Source: Nitrospirales bacterium (GTDB taxonomy: Bacteria > Nitrospirota > Nitrospiria > Nitrospirales > UBA8639). Taken from it: 64,000 nucleotides of DNA. The DNA lies in the NCBI GenBank assembly GCA_965203295.1, contig CBDBCZ010000018.1, positions 448,001-512,000 on the forward strand. Reading direction: 5' to 3'. Both the position numbers and the translations under genes were made by a program. Within the stretch, counting starts at the first letter, position 1. Each line of letters opens with the position of its first letter. Of the stretch, positions 1 to 12,780 are shown in pieces. Below the pieces are notes generated by a model that was not told the DNA's origin, searched no databases, and saw only the letters and a list, made by a program, of their open reading frames with translations.

Positions 1-3000
1 GGTAGAGTGCCTCTGTGTTAGGGATCATTTCGTTTTCAAACTGAACTCTGTCCCATATGTGTTGCCTGATGTCATCCAGCCATTGCTGGTGCTTTTGTGT
101 TGGTGACAATCCCTGTGTGTCCAACTTGTTGAAGTGGGATGTAGGAGTAGAGGTAGAAAATTCGGAAGCATGTTTTTTAAAGTACACGACTCCAACAAAG
201 CATAAAAACACTAAAACACCTTTGTCAAATGTATTATGTTGTAAGCCAATATCAGCTAGTGTGCCTGGAGCATTGCCTTTACCACTAGTAATGAACTCTG
301 CATTTTCATAGAAATATCTCAAAAATGTAGCTTTGCCAATCCCACTGAAAAAGGATGTGTAATCACATCCGGTTGCTGTGAAGATGGTCTGAAATACTTG
401 AGGCAGAGTGTGGGATGGTACTGATGATAGGTCCGGGTCATTGGAAAGTGCAGTAACAAATGCTGTCATGTGTAAATACGATAGATCTTTAGAACTGTAG
501 GGATTGAGCTGAACAATTATTTCTTTCTGGATTCCATGGTTTAGTGGGAGACCAATATGGTATATATCTGTGTCTGGTCCATCTATGGCAACTGAGTGCC
601 ATGCTCGACCGGTAATGCCCACTGCAAACCCTCCCTGGCAGAAATTGCTTAGCACAGAAGGTGGGAGTGATGCCACATCAGCTAGATGCTGTGCTATTAG
701 TCTTCTGTAGATAAGGTGGTCAAATGCGGAAAAAGTGGCAGCCATTAGTTTAATGCTAGCCAGTCGAACTTCCCAGTTACCACTGCGAATTGCTAGGTAG
801 AGGCTCACGTATGCCATCGCATCTACAAAAACAAATTGGACCCAAAATTTCCAAGTCAGATCAGCAGCGGAAAGGTCATCAAGAAATGCTGAAAAAGTAG
901 TGTGGAAGCCAGATTGCATAACAGCCTCATGTAGCTGACGTAGCTTGGGACCTAGGTCAGTTTCTGTATTACCACTGGGTTGTAAATAAGCATTCTGGAC
1001 AATGGTTGTGATGAGTTCTGGGGGTAGATTTGTATCAGGTGTTTCAGCACAAGACTGTAGGAATTTCTCCACCATGATTTGATATAGTGCTTGCCAAACC
1101 TCCATAAGAAAGCAGTGTGTACGTTTGAACTCACTGCAGTTTTGTATAGCTGCTACGGGATAACCTGATACCTGTGCCAGTTCCTTTAGCCCGGCATCAA
1201 AGTAAGGCTTGATAAGTGCACTCTGATAATTAAACAGAAGGTGCCAGTCACCAGGGTATGGGAGTAGCCATTTTAGCTCTGCACCATATTCGTGCTTTAG
1301 TGATTGGAATACATCATAAATCTTTGCATCACCTGTTAACACTAGCCAATCCTTCTGCTATCCCTCAATGAAACGGTGATAAAGGTCATGTAGGACTTGC
1401 GTGAAGGTGTCCTTGCTGTCTGATTTTAGCATCAAGTACCTGTAGATAGACTATGTTAGATTTCTCTGCTTCAACTGGTCTGATTACCCACATGTAGTCT
1501 TGGATGTTTAGCACAACTGGAGGGTCTGGCTGTGCTGCTTCTGTGTCACAAGTGGAAGAGTGGATGTGTTTTTGTAAGATGTAAGTATCAAACTCCTGCC
1601 TTAGTGCTGTCATTGCATTCCTTTCAGTTTGACTTAGCTCCGAAGATCAAACTTATGTGGATGGACTTGATGATCTGGTCTGTTAGTTTGTGGATGTAGA
1701 GGTGAAGAAGGTGTTACCCTTGAGGTTCCTTCCAGTCCAGTTCTCGCTCTTCTCTTTATCTTGGGAGATCTGCACGCCTTTGAAGGGGATGAACGAGGTG
1801 ATTGTCTACTTGCAGCGCGTTTTCTTCCTGCAAGCCTGAGTAACGGATCTGTAACTTCGCACTCAGTGTGTCGCCTTTGATCTGAACTCTCACTTGTCAG
1901 CAAAGTAGAAGTAGACTCACCTTGAGTTGAGCTACTACTTGACAAAGTGAGAGCCCTGGTGCGGTCTGCATTGACTGGTCATCCATAGTACACACCAAAG
2001 TGAGTGTATCAGAGCATGTGCTTGGTTTGGGTTGAACAGCTTGCACAGTTGTTTGCTTGGAACGATCGCGCGTAGCTGTGTAAGAAATCGATATTGTCTG
2101 CTGAAGTGATGGTTAGTGTATCAGGTGAGCATTCCTGTTCGTAGCCTCTCTGTTCTCGTTCCTTTACCCTGTACTGGATAGTTCTGGCCAGTGTATCTGC
2201 AGAGGAGCACACGCCAAGCCGATTCAAGATACGTACTAGTAGGGTTGAGCCTCCACAGCTTTCCACTATGTCAGTAATCAGGTTATGCAAGGGTATGTAA
2301 CACCGGTCGTCTGTACAGAACAAAAGGGCACATAGGCAAAACAAACGCCGCACTTTCTTTACGTGGTGAGTGGGTGTCGCCTGGTCACTTGCCTTAGAAG
2401 TGCACCCTTTACGTTCGGAAACAGACCTTGTGATAGAGATAACGAATGCCCATAGTTTTGGGTCCATCTCTGATAAGAGCCTGTTAATGTTTAACTTATC
2501 AAATCTGTAGGAAAATTTCATGTCAGCAGCAAGATAGTGACGAACCTGTTGGTGAATGCGGGTGTTAATGTCATCCGTTTCGCTATCTTGTTCCCTGGCA
2601 TGGATAGCTTCTTTGGTGGACTTTTGAGCTGGAGACATAGTTTGGGCTAACTTGTGTAAAGACAGAAAGGGAGGTCAGGAGGTCTCCGTTTCTGCTGTAC
2701 AGTAGGGTTCCTGGCTTTCTCACACGACATGCATAGCTCAGATGGTGCTGTAAAATTACAATCAAATTGCTTAGGACCCACCGAGCTGTAACCGAAGCAC
2801 TATCGCCCATCTCTAGGTTTGCTGTACATGACAGCTCTGTTGCAAAGTGACGCAAGGTGTCATGGACAGAAGGTAGGAGCAGTGCCTCTTGGTGTAGTAG
2901 GCTCTCCCATACATATATTGCAGTTTTGTGCATAGCTGTATTTATTAGGTCATCAGTGTTTTTTACCAGCTCAACTGGTAATGTAGAACTCTTCAGAGTG

Positions 3001-3580
3001 TTAATAAGTACTAGGAGATCACCGTCAGTGCTAGTCCTCCTTGAGGATCTGTAGGTGTGACTTGTAGCATGAAAGGCATACGTAAGCACCCTCTGGGATA
3101 TTACCCTCAAATCCTGTTTCTTGGTATAAGTACTGCTGTATACGCTGTGGATCTGGACAAGGCCGTTTTGGTCCAGTTCTTAAAGGCGAGCCACATGTAC
3201 AACAGTGAGTTTGCTTCAGTTGTAGTTTATCGTAGATTAGGTGGTAGTGATGCTTACATAACGGGGTGGGATAAGGTGCCTCACAATATCCCAAAACGTC
3301 TGCAATTTGCTCACTCGTAGCTATTCTTGATTGCACAAATGCTGCATTATTACATTGTGGTATACAGCATTTGCACTTCCCTGTTTGTTTTTCCCATCTA
3401 GGTACGTGTTCAGGATTGTTTACCAACCTGGTGATATCATCACGACATAAGCGACATACGGGGCTATACTGTTCGATATGAAGTATGAGAGCTACCTGCT
3501 GTGCTTGAACACTTTTCTAAGTTTGAGGAGTTGACAGCTGTGTGTGCTGGCCAAGGCGTAATGCACATTGGTTTCCATGC
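1..3580 (-). mobile_element. Degenerate AcademX-like DNA transposon ORF (DDE-type transposase region plus XPG/PIN-like nuclease), with frameshifts, stops and probably an internal deletion near 575; runs off the window start
   Basis: Minus-strand translation gives a Cys-rich N-terminal part (CKCCIPQC..LCKHHY..CCTC..CLSC), NRLGVCSSADT and TSADNIDF (~2.1 kb), TGDAKIYDVF..WLLPYPGDWHLLFNYQ (~1.2-1.3 kb), then PDTDIYHIGLP and TATGCDYTSFFSGIGKATF (~330-575). Transposase plus XPG in one ORF is the AcademX architecture. The 5' boundary is approximate and no TIR was found. Confidence 0.7.
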
Positions 3581-4329
3581 TGTCTTTTTGATTCCTCCGA
3601 AGCTGGTGGAAACGTCAGCGATCGTCGACTTCTGGCCATGTACGCCTCGACTCTCAAGTACCCTTTTTAAGAGTCACTAACAATTCCTGTGGTGAAGAAC
3701 TGCAACTATAGCCCATTGTACACTTATCAATTACCCCTCTGATATACACAAGCTTACCGAGCATCATGTATGATTTAACTCCTGTTTTTAGAATGATGAT
3801 GGTCTCTCGCTTACGGCTCCCTTGTTGGAGAATGGATATTTATAATTGTGTTACTTATAATATTAGCATTATTATTTATTATTATTATTCAGTCTCTTGT
3901 TTTCTTTCTTGTATATTTGACTTGTGTACTCAGTATGCCTGCAATGCGGGAGAGCTCCACGTGTTTGCACAATAACTAATGCAGGTGCATTTTTTGGAAC
4001 AGCCATATCGCGAAAATTATGCGTGGGAACGACTCCGTTTTTTCGACAGGAGTACGGGCTATCTTATACATTTAAGCTCCGGCAGTGTCAAATCTGTGAA
4101 GGATGCACCAAATTTTTTCGGACGCGATCTGGGACCCTCATTATTTTTTGACTCGCATCACTTTATGCGTACTATTCGCGAGTTACAGAGCGCTGGTTGA
4201 ACTCTCGCATACTGAGCGAGTAGTAGATGGACTGACCTTGCTGCATGGTAAGACTGAAGAGCATAGGTCCAAGAACTTTAAAGATATAGCACGAAAAAGA
4301 AAGTAATGAATTATTAAAAAGTAAGCTGT

Positions 4330-4515
4330 GTGGGTGTTGAGAGCTTACATCCGGTGCAAATAAAATTGTACGGGCTTCTATTGACTTCCGGCCTGGTGGC
4401 GAAACGACTGATTAAATTTAACAGTGGCTCTAAAAGGAACCCACCCCGTTTCTCCAAATAATCCAACGATTGGGCAAGCCTTCTCCACCCCCAGAAAAAA
4501 TCTTAAGGCTTTATA
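4330..4515 (-). mobile_element. Short non-LTR retrotransposon (LINE) ORF2 C-terminal fragment
   Basis: ALRFFLGVEKACPIVGLFGETGWVPF resembles the post-RT 'R.ILG....P...L.GELG..P' segment of LINE ORF2 proteins. Confidence 0.45.
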
Positions 4516-6213
4516 TTGTAATGTACTCCTGTTGCTGCTTTCTCTTTGACACGGGTTAACCAAGAAGGCACAGTTGAACTCATTCAGCTAGTCGGGTTGC
4601 ACCTTCCATCATCTGCTAAGGGTGCTCGGTCACTATACAAGTTGAAGCAAATGTTTGCTGAAATGTTTGACGACATGCAAGCTGATTCACACCACTACTG
4701 TTCGGCATGCTACAGCCCGCTAGATGCTGGTGAAAGGTGCTCTGATAGCCGCTGTGGAGGTGCACGTGTGGGCAGGTTTGTTTCTGTACCGATTGCTGCA
4801 CAACTGAAGCACAAAGTTGAAGGTATGTACATGTAATATCATTTAATGGCATGTTACGGCATACTCTATGTCACCTTAGTATGAAATTTGTCACTTTAGA
4901 TCCGACAACGTTGTTACAGCAACGGTTTGAGCATGCCCCCGATGAGTGCATCCATGATATTTACGATGGGGAAGAGTATCGTCAGTATACAAGGCCAGGT
5001 GGTTTTCTTTCATCAAGGATCCCTGCAAATGTGTCCCTGGCTTTAAATACTGATGGAGTTGCTCTCTACAAGTCTTCCAAATTTAGCTTCCAAAGTTAGC
5101 TTCTGGCCAGTCTGGCTGGTTATCAATACTAATGTAAGTATTCTTGCAAAGAGAAATATGCTGTTGGCTGGGCTGTGGTATGATTTGCAGCACCCCCCAT
5201 GCATACCTATCTGAAGCCAATACTGGACTCTCTGAACCATTTGTGTGCTGATGGTAAGTTCACATGGAAATTGTAATGGACTTGTACTGATTGGGACATG
5301 ATACTTCCTATTGGCAGGAATCATTGTGACTACACCAGCTGGTGTCATGACCATGCGTGCCATGGCACTTGTGATGTCAGCAGATCTGCCAGCGAAGGCA
5401 CTGGTGCTAGAAATGAAAAACCACAATCGGCAGCATGCCTGCCCCCTCTGTGAGTCGAAGGGTGCGACTCTTCCCGGAGACCATCTCCATCGCTACTGGC
5501 CTGCTGATTTAAACCCTATCGCACTTATGAAACCATGATAGAATATGCCACAAACGCTATTGTGGAAGGACATGCAGTGAGTTTCAGTGTACTTGTATTA
5601 ATCAATTGGAATAAATACTACAGTTCTCTCTAACATACCACTATAGGTTAAGGGTGTTAAAGGGGCCTCCATACTGGCTATGCACCCAGGAGTCAATCTG
5701 GGCAAAAGCATAGCCATTGACGTTCTGCATGATGTCTACCTTGGCGTCATGAAGCTGCTCATGGGATACTGGTTCGACAGACAAAGGACTGCAGTATTCA
5801 CCAGCAGGTATAGCGTTTGTACTTGTCCACTATTGTGTAATGATTTATCAAGGATTCTTCAAACAGCTGGCATTATGCCAGGAAAGGTTGCAGTCAGTGA
5901 GAGTGCCCAGATCACCAGAAGACCAGGCATCATCAGCAAGTATAAAGACTGGAAAGGTATATGTATAGATTGTGCACACTTTTTGTTCATTATTTTTATT
6001 TTAAAATTATATAGGAAATCAGATACGAGCCTGGAGGCTATACTCTAGTATTCCAGTTGTGGCTGGAATCCTCCCACTCCCCTACCTCCACCACTACTCT
6101 TTGTTGGTGGCTGGCCTCCACCTCCTTTCTACGGATGTGATTTCCGAAAAGGACTTGCAAGATGCAGAGACTTTGCTCAGCGGTTTTTGCAGGAATCTGG
6201 AAGACCTTTATGG
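4516..6213 (+). mobile_element. CACTA/EnSpm (CMC superfamily, Transposase_21-like) transposase pseudogene with spliceosomal introns
   Basis: Motifs in order: HHYCSAC..C..C, DIYDGEEY, SLALNTDGVALYKSSK.S.WPVWLVIN, NMLLAGLWY, SADLPAKALVL..HN..ACPLCESKG, GVKGASIL, IAIDVLHDVYLGVMK, YKDWKG, L.HYSLLVAGLHLL, EDLYG. GT..AG introns at about 4823-4899, 5254-5297 and 5577-5646. Frameshifts are present, e.g. a short duplication near 5085-5100. Confidence 0.85.
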
Positions 6214-6853
6214 TGTGTACTAGCCTTTTAATTATACAATTCTAAAAAGGATGCCAACCCTTTCTATTGCTTTTTCTCTATAAGCCCATTCCTCTCTTTT
6301 TGTTGTCCTTACTTGTCATCTACACATATTCAAAGCCCAAGTCATCAAGGCACATCTTTTGACACATTACCCAACGGTGGCACATCTGGCTCGCGAGATT
6401 TTTGCCACGCATCTCCTGAATCGTAGTATATCACGCAACTGCCACATGCTATCGCGATAGTCCACCGCGCTATTAACAGCTGAATCGCGATTTCTTCTCA
6501 CTTGTGATAGGTGTCAGCGATCCGCGATGCACTTTATTGGATCGCGACGCTATCGCGCTAAATCACGATTTATCGGGATTTATCGTAATAATTTTCACTT
6601 GGGTTAGCTGTTTTAGAGAACTGAGGGATGCTCCCTATAATCACCGAAAGCAAAGCATCCCTAAACAGCTAAGATACCTGCCTGAGGGCACTAACTAGCT
6701 TAGAGTGTGGTTTTCTGCTTCTATATGAAATGTGGAATTAATATTTTTTGAAGGAGTGTAGTGATTTTGAAGACCTTACTAAATTCAGTACATCAAAGCA
6801 TATTATGCATACCACAGTCTAATTTTGCTCATTTTAATTTTCTGTCCTCACTG

Positions 6854-6910
<57 letters not shown>

Positions 6911-7625
6911 TGCATACACGCACAACATATTTACCTCTCTGAACGGAGAATGCTCTTGCTCTTGCAGTTATGACGCTAGCAGTTGTCCTAGATTGTACAC
7001 CTGTCATTCCAGCCCTGCCTGGCTGAGAGTTCTAGGAGAGCCACCACCTGAATCAGTAAAGTTGCACTGACAGATAATAACTACAGACACAAATACAGAG
7101 TCACGTATATGCACAGTGACAGACTGAGATTGAGAGAGCTAGGAGCATACAGAGAGATGGGGACATGCACAGACAGACAGACGGACAGACACACTGTCTT
7201 ACCATTCTGCATGGGAACTGGTCCTCATCCACAAGAAGCTCTATTTTTGTGATCAAAGACTTCAGTTGTTCCACACAGCTAGAGCGAGTGCTGACGATGT
7301 GGCGACACTGACTGGTAGCGACGGTGTCACCGAGGGCAAGAGACTGATCGGCGTGACAGCCGTTGGCATGACTGTTCGTGTAACTCAAAGAATGAAGTTT
7401 TGAGAACAGCCACTCACATCAAGCCGATCATGTGAGACCTTGCTTTATAAGGCTTTATTGAGCCGCTGGTTATCTGCATATTCACACTGTAGTGGAGGGA
7501 GAACAAAGTGACTTATCATTACACGTGCCCAAATATAGAGCCTGACAGATGGATCACATTTGGGCTCATACAAACTCAAAAGGGAATCCAGACTTAGAGT
7601 AGAGGGTTGTTACGTCTTTATTTCA

Positions 7626-9570
7626 ATGGAAAAGGGTGTGGAATTTACAGTTCAGTGCGAGGAGAGTGGTGGTCAGGTGTTAGATAAGGAGAGTGACGGC
7701 CGGGTGTCCATTATGTTCGCAGTTCAGTGTGAGGAGAGTGGCAGTCAGGTGCCCAACACAGCAGACAGCAGTTGTACCGTGAAGCGTAAGGAGCCAGAGA
7801 GCAGTGGTCAGGTCACGAGAATCTGCAAGAAGGGGAAGTGCGAGAAGTGTGGAAAACACAAGGCACCTGTAAGTACTAATTATGTTTTTTATATTACTTT
7901 CAAGAAGTTGTACATGTATTTAACCCTTTGAGCGCGGTACTTGATTATTCATAACTTCCGCGTCACGCGGAAGCCAATTTAATTTTTGTCTACATTGCAT
8001 GTGCTCGCAGTTTTGTAGAGTTGTAGGCTATTTTCCGTGCTGAACGGCAACACTGCAAGCCAGGAAGTGTAAAACTATCGTTGTTTAGTGTGTAGCTGGT
8101 GTACTAAAGTCCCTATTAATGCAGAAGAGCGAATACAAACGGCAGCACTAAGGCTAACCTTGGTAGTCGCCATTTTCTTGTGTCTGTCCCCTCAACTACA
8201 GTGGTGAGTCGCTTCTGTTACTTCGTGCCGGTTCTGTTACTAAGTGCTGGATCTGTACCTAAGGCCTAGTGCTCTGACTGCAGCCATACTCGGCGTTTTT
8301 GGCTTCAAAAGCCTTGTAGACGCTACCCGCGCCTTTGCCGCGTACTAACTGTGCTACACAACTAAGCGTCAAGTGAACGCTTCGAACGACTTGTGACGGG
8401 GGTGGAGCTTTAGATCGATTGCTAAAGACCGTAGGGTTATCCCCCTAAAGTGTCACGCGTGCCATTTTCTTGTGTCTGTCCCCTCAACTACAGTGGTGAG
8501 TCGCTTCTGTTACTTCGTGCCGGTTCTGTTACTAAGTGCTGGATCTGTACCTAAGGCCTAGTGCTCTGACTGCAGCCATACTCGGCGTTTTTGGCTTCAA
8601 AAGCCTTGTAGACGCTACCCGCGCCTTTGCCGCGTACTAACTGTGCTACACAACTAAGCGTCAAGTGAACGCTTCGAACGACTTGTGACGGGGGTGGAGC
8701 TTTAGATCGATTGCTAAAGACCGTAGGGTTATCCCCCTAAAGTGTCACGCGTGCCATAAAATTGGAAAGGTCTGACCCGTAGCACTTATTACGGCGAGCG
8801 TATATATACGCTCAAAAATTACTTCCGCGTATCGCGGCGAGCATATATACACGCTCGCCGCGATACGCGGAAGTAATTTTTGAGCGTATATATACGCTCG
8901 CCGCGTTCAAAGGGTTAAAACTGCATGACTAACATTGCACAGCATGTCACCATAGTTATTGGGCTGGGGAAGAGCCTACATGTGCATGTGTTTAGGACTA
9001 CCCATTTCTTTTACAGACTAGTGAGCAGGCAACAAGAAAACATGTTGCACGGAAATCTGGTGTACATAGAACTACAGCTACATGTACCCTTCCAGTCCAA
9101 GTAAGTGAACCTTCAGGGGTGTCACCACGTGTCATACTTTTTATCAGACATGGCGACTACTTCTACAGGGCTCACACATCAGAAGGGAAGGTGTTGACTC
9201 GGTGCGGGGAAAATGCAGGCAAAACGCACGGCCACTGCTCTGAGGGCCATGAATGAAATACCCACAGTTACAAAAACTAATAACGTCAACCATGGTCTGG
9301 GCAAAACAAACCGCTGCTATCATTCATGAGAAATACTCCAATGTTCCTCTTGAGGAAGATGAATACTTACACAGGAAGGAGATCCAGAGAAAACCCATAA
9401 CATGGAACGATTCGGGCGTATGTTTAAAGTACTTCGTACCTGCAGGACAGAGTCCAGTCACAAACATCATTGTGTGCCATGCAAATATCATTCTGTTTCT
9501 TTTTTGTAAAGCCCTCGAAGTAGATAGTGGAGGGAAATTACTTTATCACACTGCAGTGTTACTGGTATAA
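7626..9570 (+). pseudogene. PGAM5-like histidine phosphatase pseudogene; exon 1 7626-7868, exon 2 from 9017
   Basis: Phase-0 intron (cct|gtaagt ... ttacag|act) joins in frame to VILFIRHGDY..VLTRCG. After a frameshift comes QAKRTATAL, and after a second LITSTMVWAKQTAAII..IIVCHANIILFLFCKAL. These match the RHG, LT..G..QA, STM.RA.ET and IVCHANVIR motifs of PGAM5; the conserved R of STMxRA is W here. Confidence 0.8.
7924..8914. mobile_element. Non-autonomous piggyBac-type element in the PGAM5-like intron
   Basis: TTAA on both sides (7920-7923, 8915-8918). TIRs CCCTTTGAGCGCGG / CCGCGTTCAAAGGG (13/14 match). Internal 292-bp tandem duplication (8169 and 8461) and a subterminal palindrome at 8792-8903. 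Confidence 0.9.
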
Positions 9571-11177
9571 CAATTCGCCCATCTTATGCAATGTAAATCA
9601 ATTTTGTTGGAAGTTGTACTCATTTTTATGACGTTGCACTGTACTTTCGGTAAAAAATGTAATTTCCCATTTAAACACTGAGGTGGACTAGTCGATTGCA
9701 ATGCTGTAGTAGCATGATCGCGTTATTGGAATCTGAAGAGTAAGTATTCTTATCCTACAATTCTGAAAGGCAAGGGTGCCTATAGATTTGTTACCCATGA
9801 GTCTACTTACATGCAGTGGTGGCTTCGACTTGCTGCCAAGCTTGGGTACCGAGTTTGGAGTGGAGGAAAGGTTTTGTTAACCAATCGATTTAATGCACAC
9901 CACACTTTAATTAATGCACTCACAACACTCAGTTTTATGGCACAATTTGCGGTAAAATAGGACAGGTTTGTACACCAAGCAAAAATACTCAATCACATTT
10001 TAGATCAAAATTATCCAGCATATTATACTTTAAAGGAATTAAAAAAGTGGTTGGTGAATTGTGCGGCTGATAAATACTGAATATATGATGATCAGCGAGA
10101 TCAGTTTGATTGATACCAATTGGCCTTACCGCGAGGCAATTAATCTTGCAGGTATCTTAGCCAAAGGGTTAAGCAAAAGATCTCAGAGCGCTTTCATTAG
10201 ACGGATATCCAAGTAGCTGAAGTGAGGATGGCACTGTACCACAGTTTCACTGCCCAGGATGGCTGTGTATGCCTTTCAGACGTTCATGACACAAAGCCCA
10301 GCAGTTCTGAGTGCCCTGACATTACTTCTCCAGTTGCACTCTTGGTTAGAAGCCACTGTCTTGCACCACGTGGTACTAGGAATTTGCAATTTTTCAGTCC
10401 GCATACCAGCGCGCGTATCTCGGAGACTGCCTCCGGTACATATCTAGTTTTCGCATATTCTGTAGCCCTATTCAAGTGCTTTCGAATGGTACCAGTTTTG
10501 TGCAGCTCAGGGGGGGCGAACAAAAATGTACTAAGAAAAACCGCACCCCTCTCGCGCGAAGCACGATCGAACTGCCCGTACAAAACGGCTTCTGTAGGCC
10601 AAGTGGTAAGCGCCTGTAACTTGAGACGTGGGATGTAAATAGCAGAGGTATAGGCCTACAAAACCGCTGGCAAACCAGGCGCGTCCAGCTGCTGACTTCG
10701 TGGTACTAGGTCTTGCAAACACACTGGAAGCTATAGTTCCGTTAATTAAACGCTGGAATTTTTTAACGTATACACTTTCCGTTCCTTCAATATCGTATAC
10801 TGCCATCTGCGGAACGACTGTAACTGCAGCTGCAGAACTACAAATATCCTAACCCTAACCCTAATACAGTTCAGCGAAAGTGCTGACTCGGCAGTTTTTT
10901 TTACAGCTGCCTACCAAGTTTTTGCCATCTAGGCAACACACAACTACCTTCCTTTGCTGTAGCTTCGCCTGCAAACTGCCAAAAGCTGCTTATATACTGC
11001 AGTTGCATAGTAATGTATGACATTTATAGTGCATGTGATAAATGCGGATGCACAAACAGATATTATAGGAAACGTAACAGTCATTCGCATGCTCCAGCTG
11101 GTAAAGATTGAGTACAATCTCCCATTTTATTATTTTTTTATGACGTGTTAGCAGTTCTGCATCAATAAAATTTGAAC

Positions 11178-11682
11178 TACTGTCTAGAAGGAAATTTTAG
11201 CTAGGAAGAAAATTCACCAAATGCAGTTGCGAAGTATTGTGGAAAATATTTGCCAGTTTTATTGTTGCATACGCCTACAAAGTTTTTAACGTGCATGCAG
11301 TTGAGCCTAAATCACAAGAGAAAACCTGGTTCGTAGAGATTGAAGATTGCTTAAGATTGCCACCATTGCCTCCGTTTGTCAATGCTCAGTAGCAAGGTCA
11401 GCAGTAGAGTCAAGCTTGCAGTCTAGCAGCGAGGCTAGTCCTCGGTGCAGTATAGCCAACTTAATTCGTGGACCATTTCTATGAACGGGCTCTGAAACAA
11501 CTACTTACAAGGTTTAAGTAATCTCCCTGCGACGTTGCATAACTTGTAAGTATCTTAGTAGTCATGATTTATTTGGCAGAAACAGTTTTCATAAAAATTT
11601 ACCGGTTTAAGTATTGCCGCTAGAACCAATTGGCAAAATTGGCGAAATTTTACCCGTGGCAAAATTTCCTTGCTATACAGTA
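11178..11682. mobile_element. TA-bounded MITE (Tc1/mariner-like ends)
   Basis: tactgtctagaaggaaatttt at the left end versus aaaatttccttgctatacagta at the right end (imperfect TIR of ~22 bp). Confidence 0.65.
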
Positions 11683-12780
11683 CAGGCTGTTTTACGATGT
11701 GACATAGGCAAAACAGATGCTCTTTGTTCATCTCCATACACGTACGTAAGTACAACGTTCATGCATACTAAGTTTACATAAATGTGTGCCGAGCGTGTGC
11801 ATCTATGGATGTTCAGCATGCATCTATGGAGGTTCAGCACACAACTATGGCCGTTCATTGTTGTGACAGGTAAAATAGATGCTCTTTGTTCATCTCCATA
11901 CATGTATGTACAACGTTCATGCATACTAAGCCTCCATAGATGCATGCTGAACCTCCATAGATGTGCGATCAGCGCGCATCTATGAAGGTTCAGCATGCAT
12001 CTATGGAGTTCAGCACAACTATGGCAGTTTATTGGATGTGACAGGCAAAACAGATGCATTTTGTTCGTCTCCATACACGTATGTACAACGTTCATGCATA
12101 CTAAGCCTCTATAAATGTGTGCTGAACTTCCATACTTGTGTACTGAACCACTATAGATGTGTGATCATCAGCATGCATCTATGGAGGTTCAGCATGCATC
12201 TATGGCGGCTCAGCACACAACTATGACAGTTCATTTGATATGACAGGTAAAACAAATTCTCTTCGTTCATCTCCATTCATGTATGTACGACCCTGCATAC
12301 TAAGCTCCCATATATGTGTGCTGAACCTTCATATAGATGCATGCTGATCAGCGCACATCTGTGGAGGTTCAGCACACAACTATGGCAGTTTATTTTTGTG
12401 ACAGGCAAAACAGATGCCATTTGTTCATCTCCATATGCGTATGTACAATGTTCATGCATACTAAGCCTTTGTAGACGCATGCTGAACTTCCATACTTGCG
12501 TGCTGAGCCTCCATAGGTGTGATCATCAGTACACATCTAAGGAGGTCCAGCACGCATCTATGGAGGTTCACCACACAACTATGGCAGTTCATTTGATGTG
12601 ACAGGCAAAACAGATGCTCTGTTCAGCTCCATACATGTATGTACAACGTTCATGCATACTAAGCCTCCATAGATGTGCTTAACTTCAATACTTGTGTGAA
12701 CTTCCATAGAAGCGTGATCATCAGCACACATCGATGGAGGTTCAGCGCGCATCTGTTGAGGAGGTTGAGCACACAACTGT

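Noticed and set aside
10222..10806. Overlapping 90-138 aa ORFs
   Set aside because: No recognisable motif or splice structure; CpG-rich repeat-like DNA.
10847..10864. cctaaccctaaccctaa telomere-like tract (similar at ~58664-58690)
   Set aside because: Only about three units, internal, probably part of small interspersed repeats; no sign of a telomere or fusion site.
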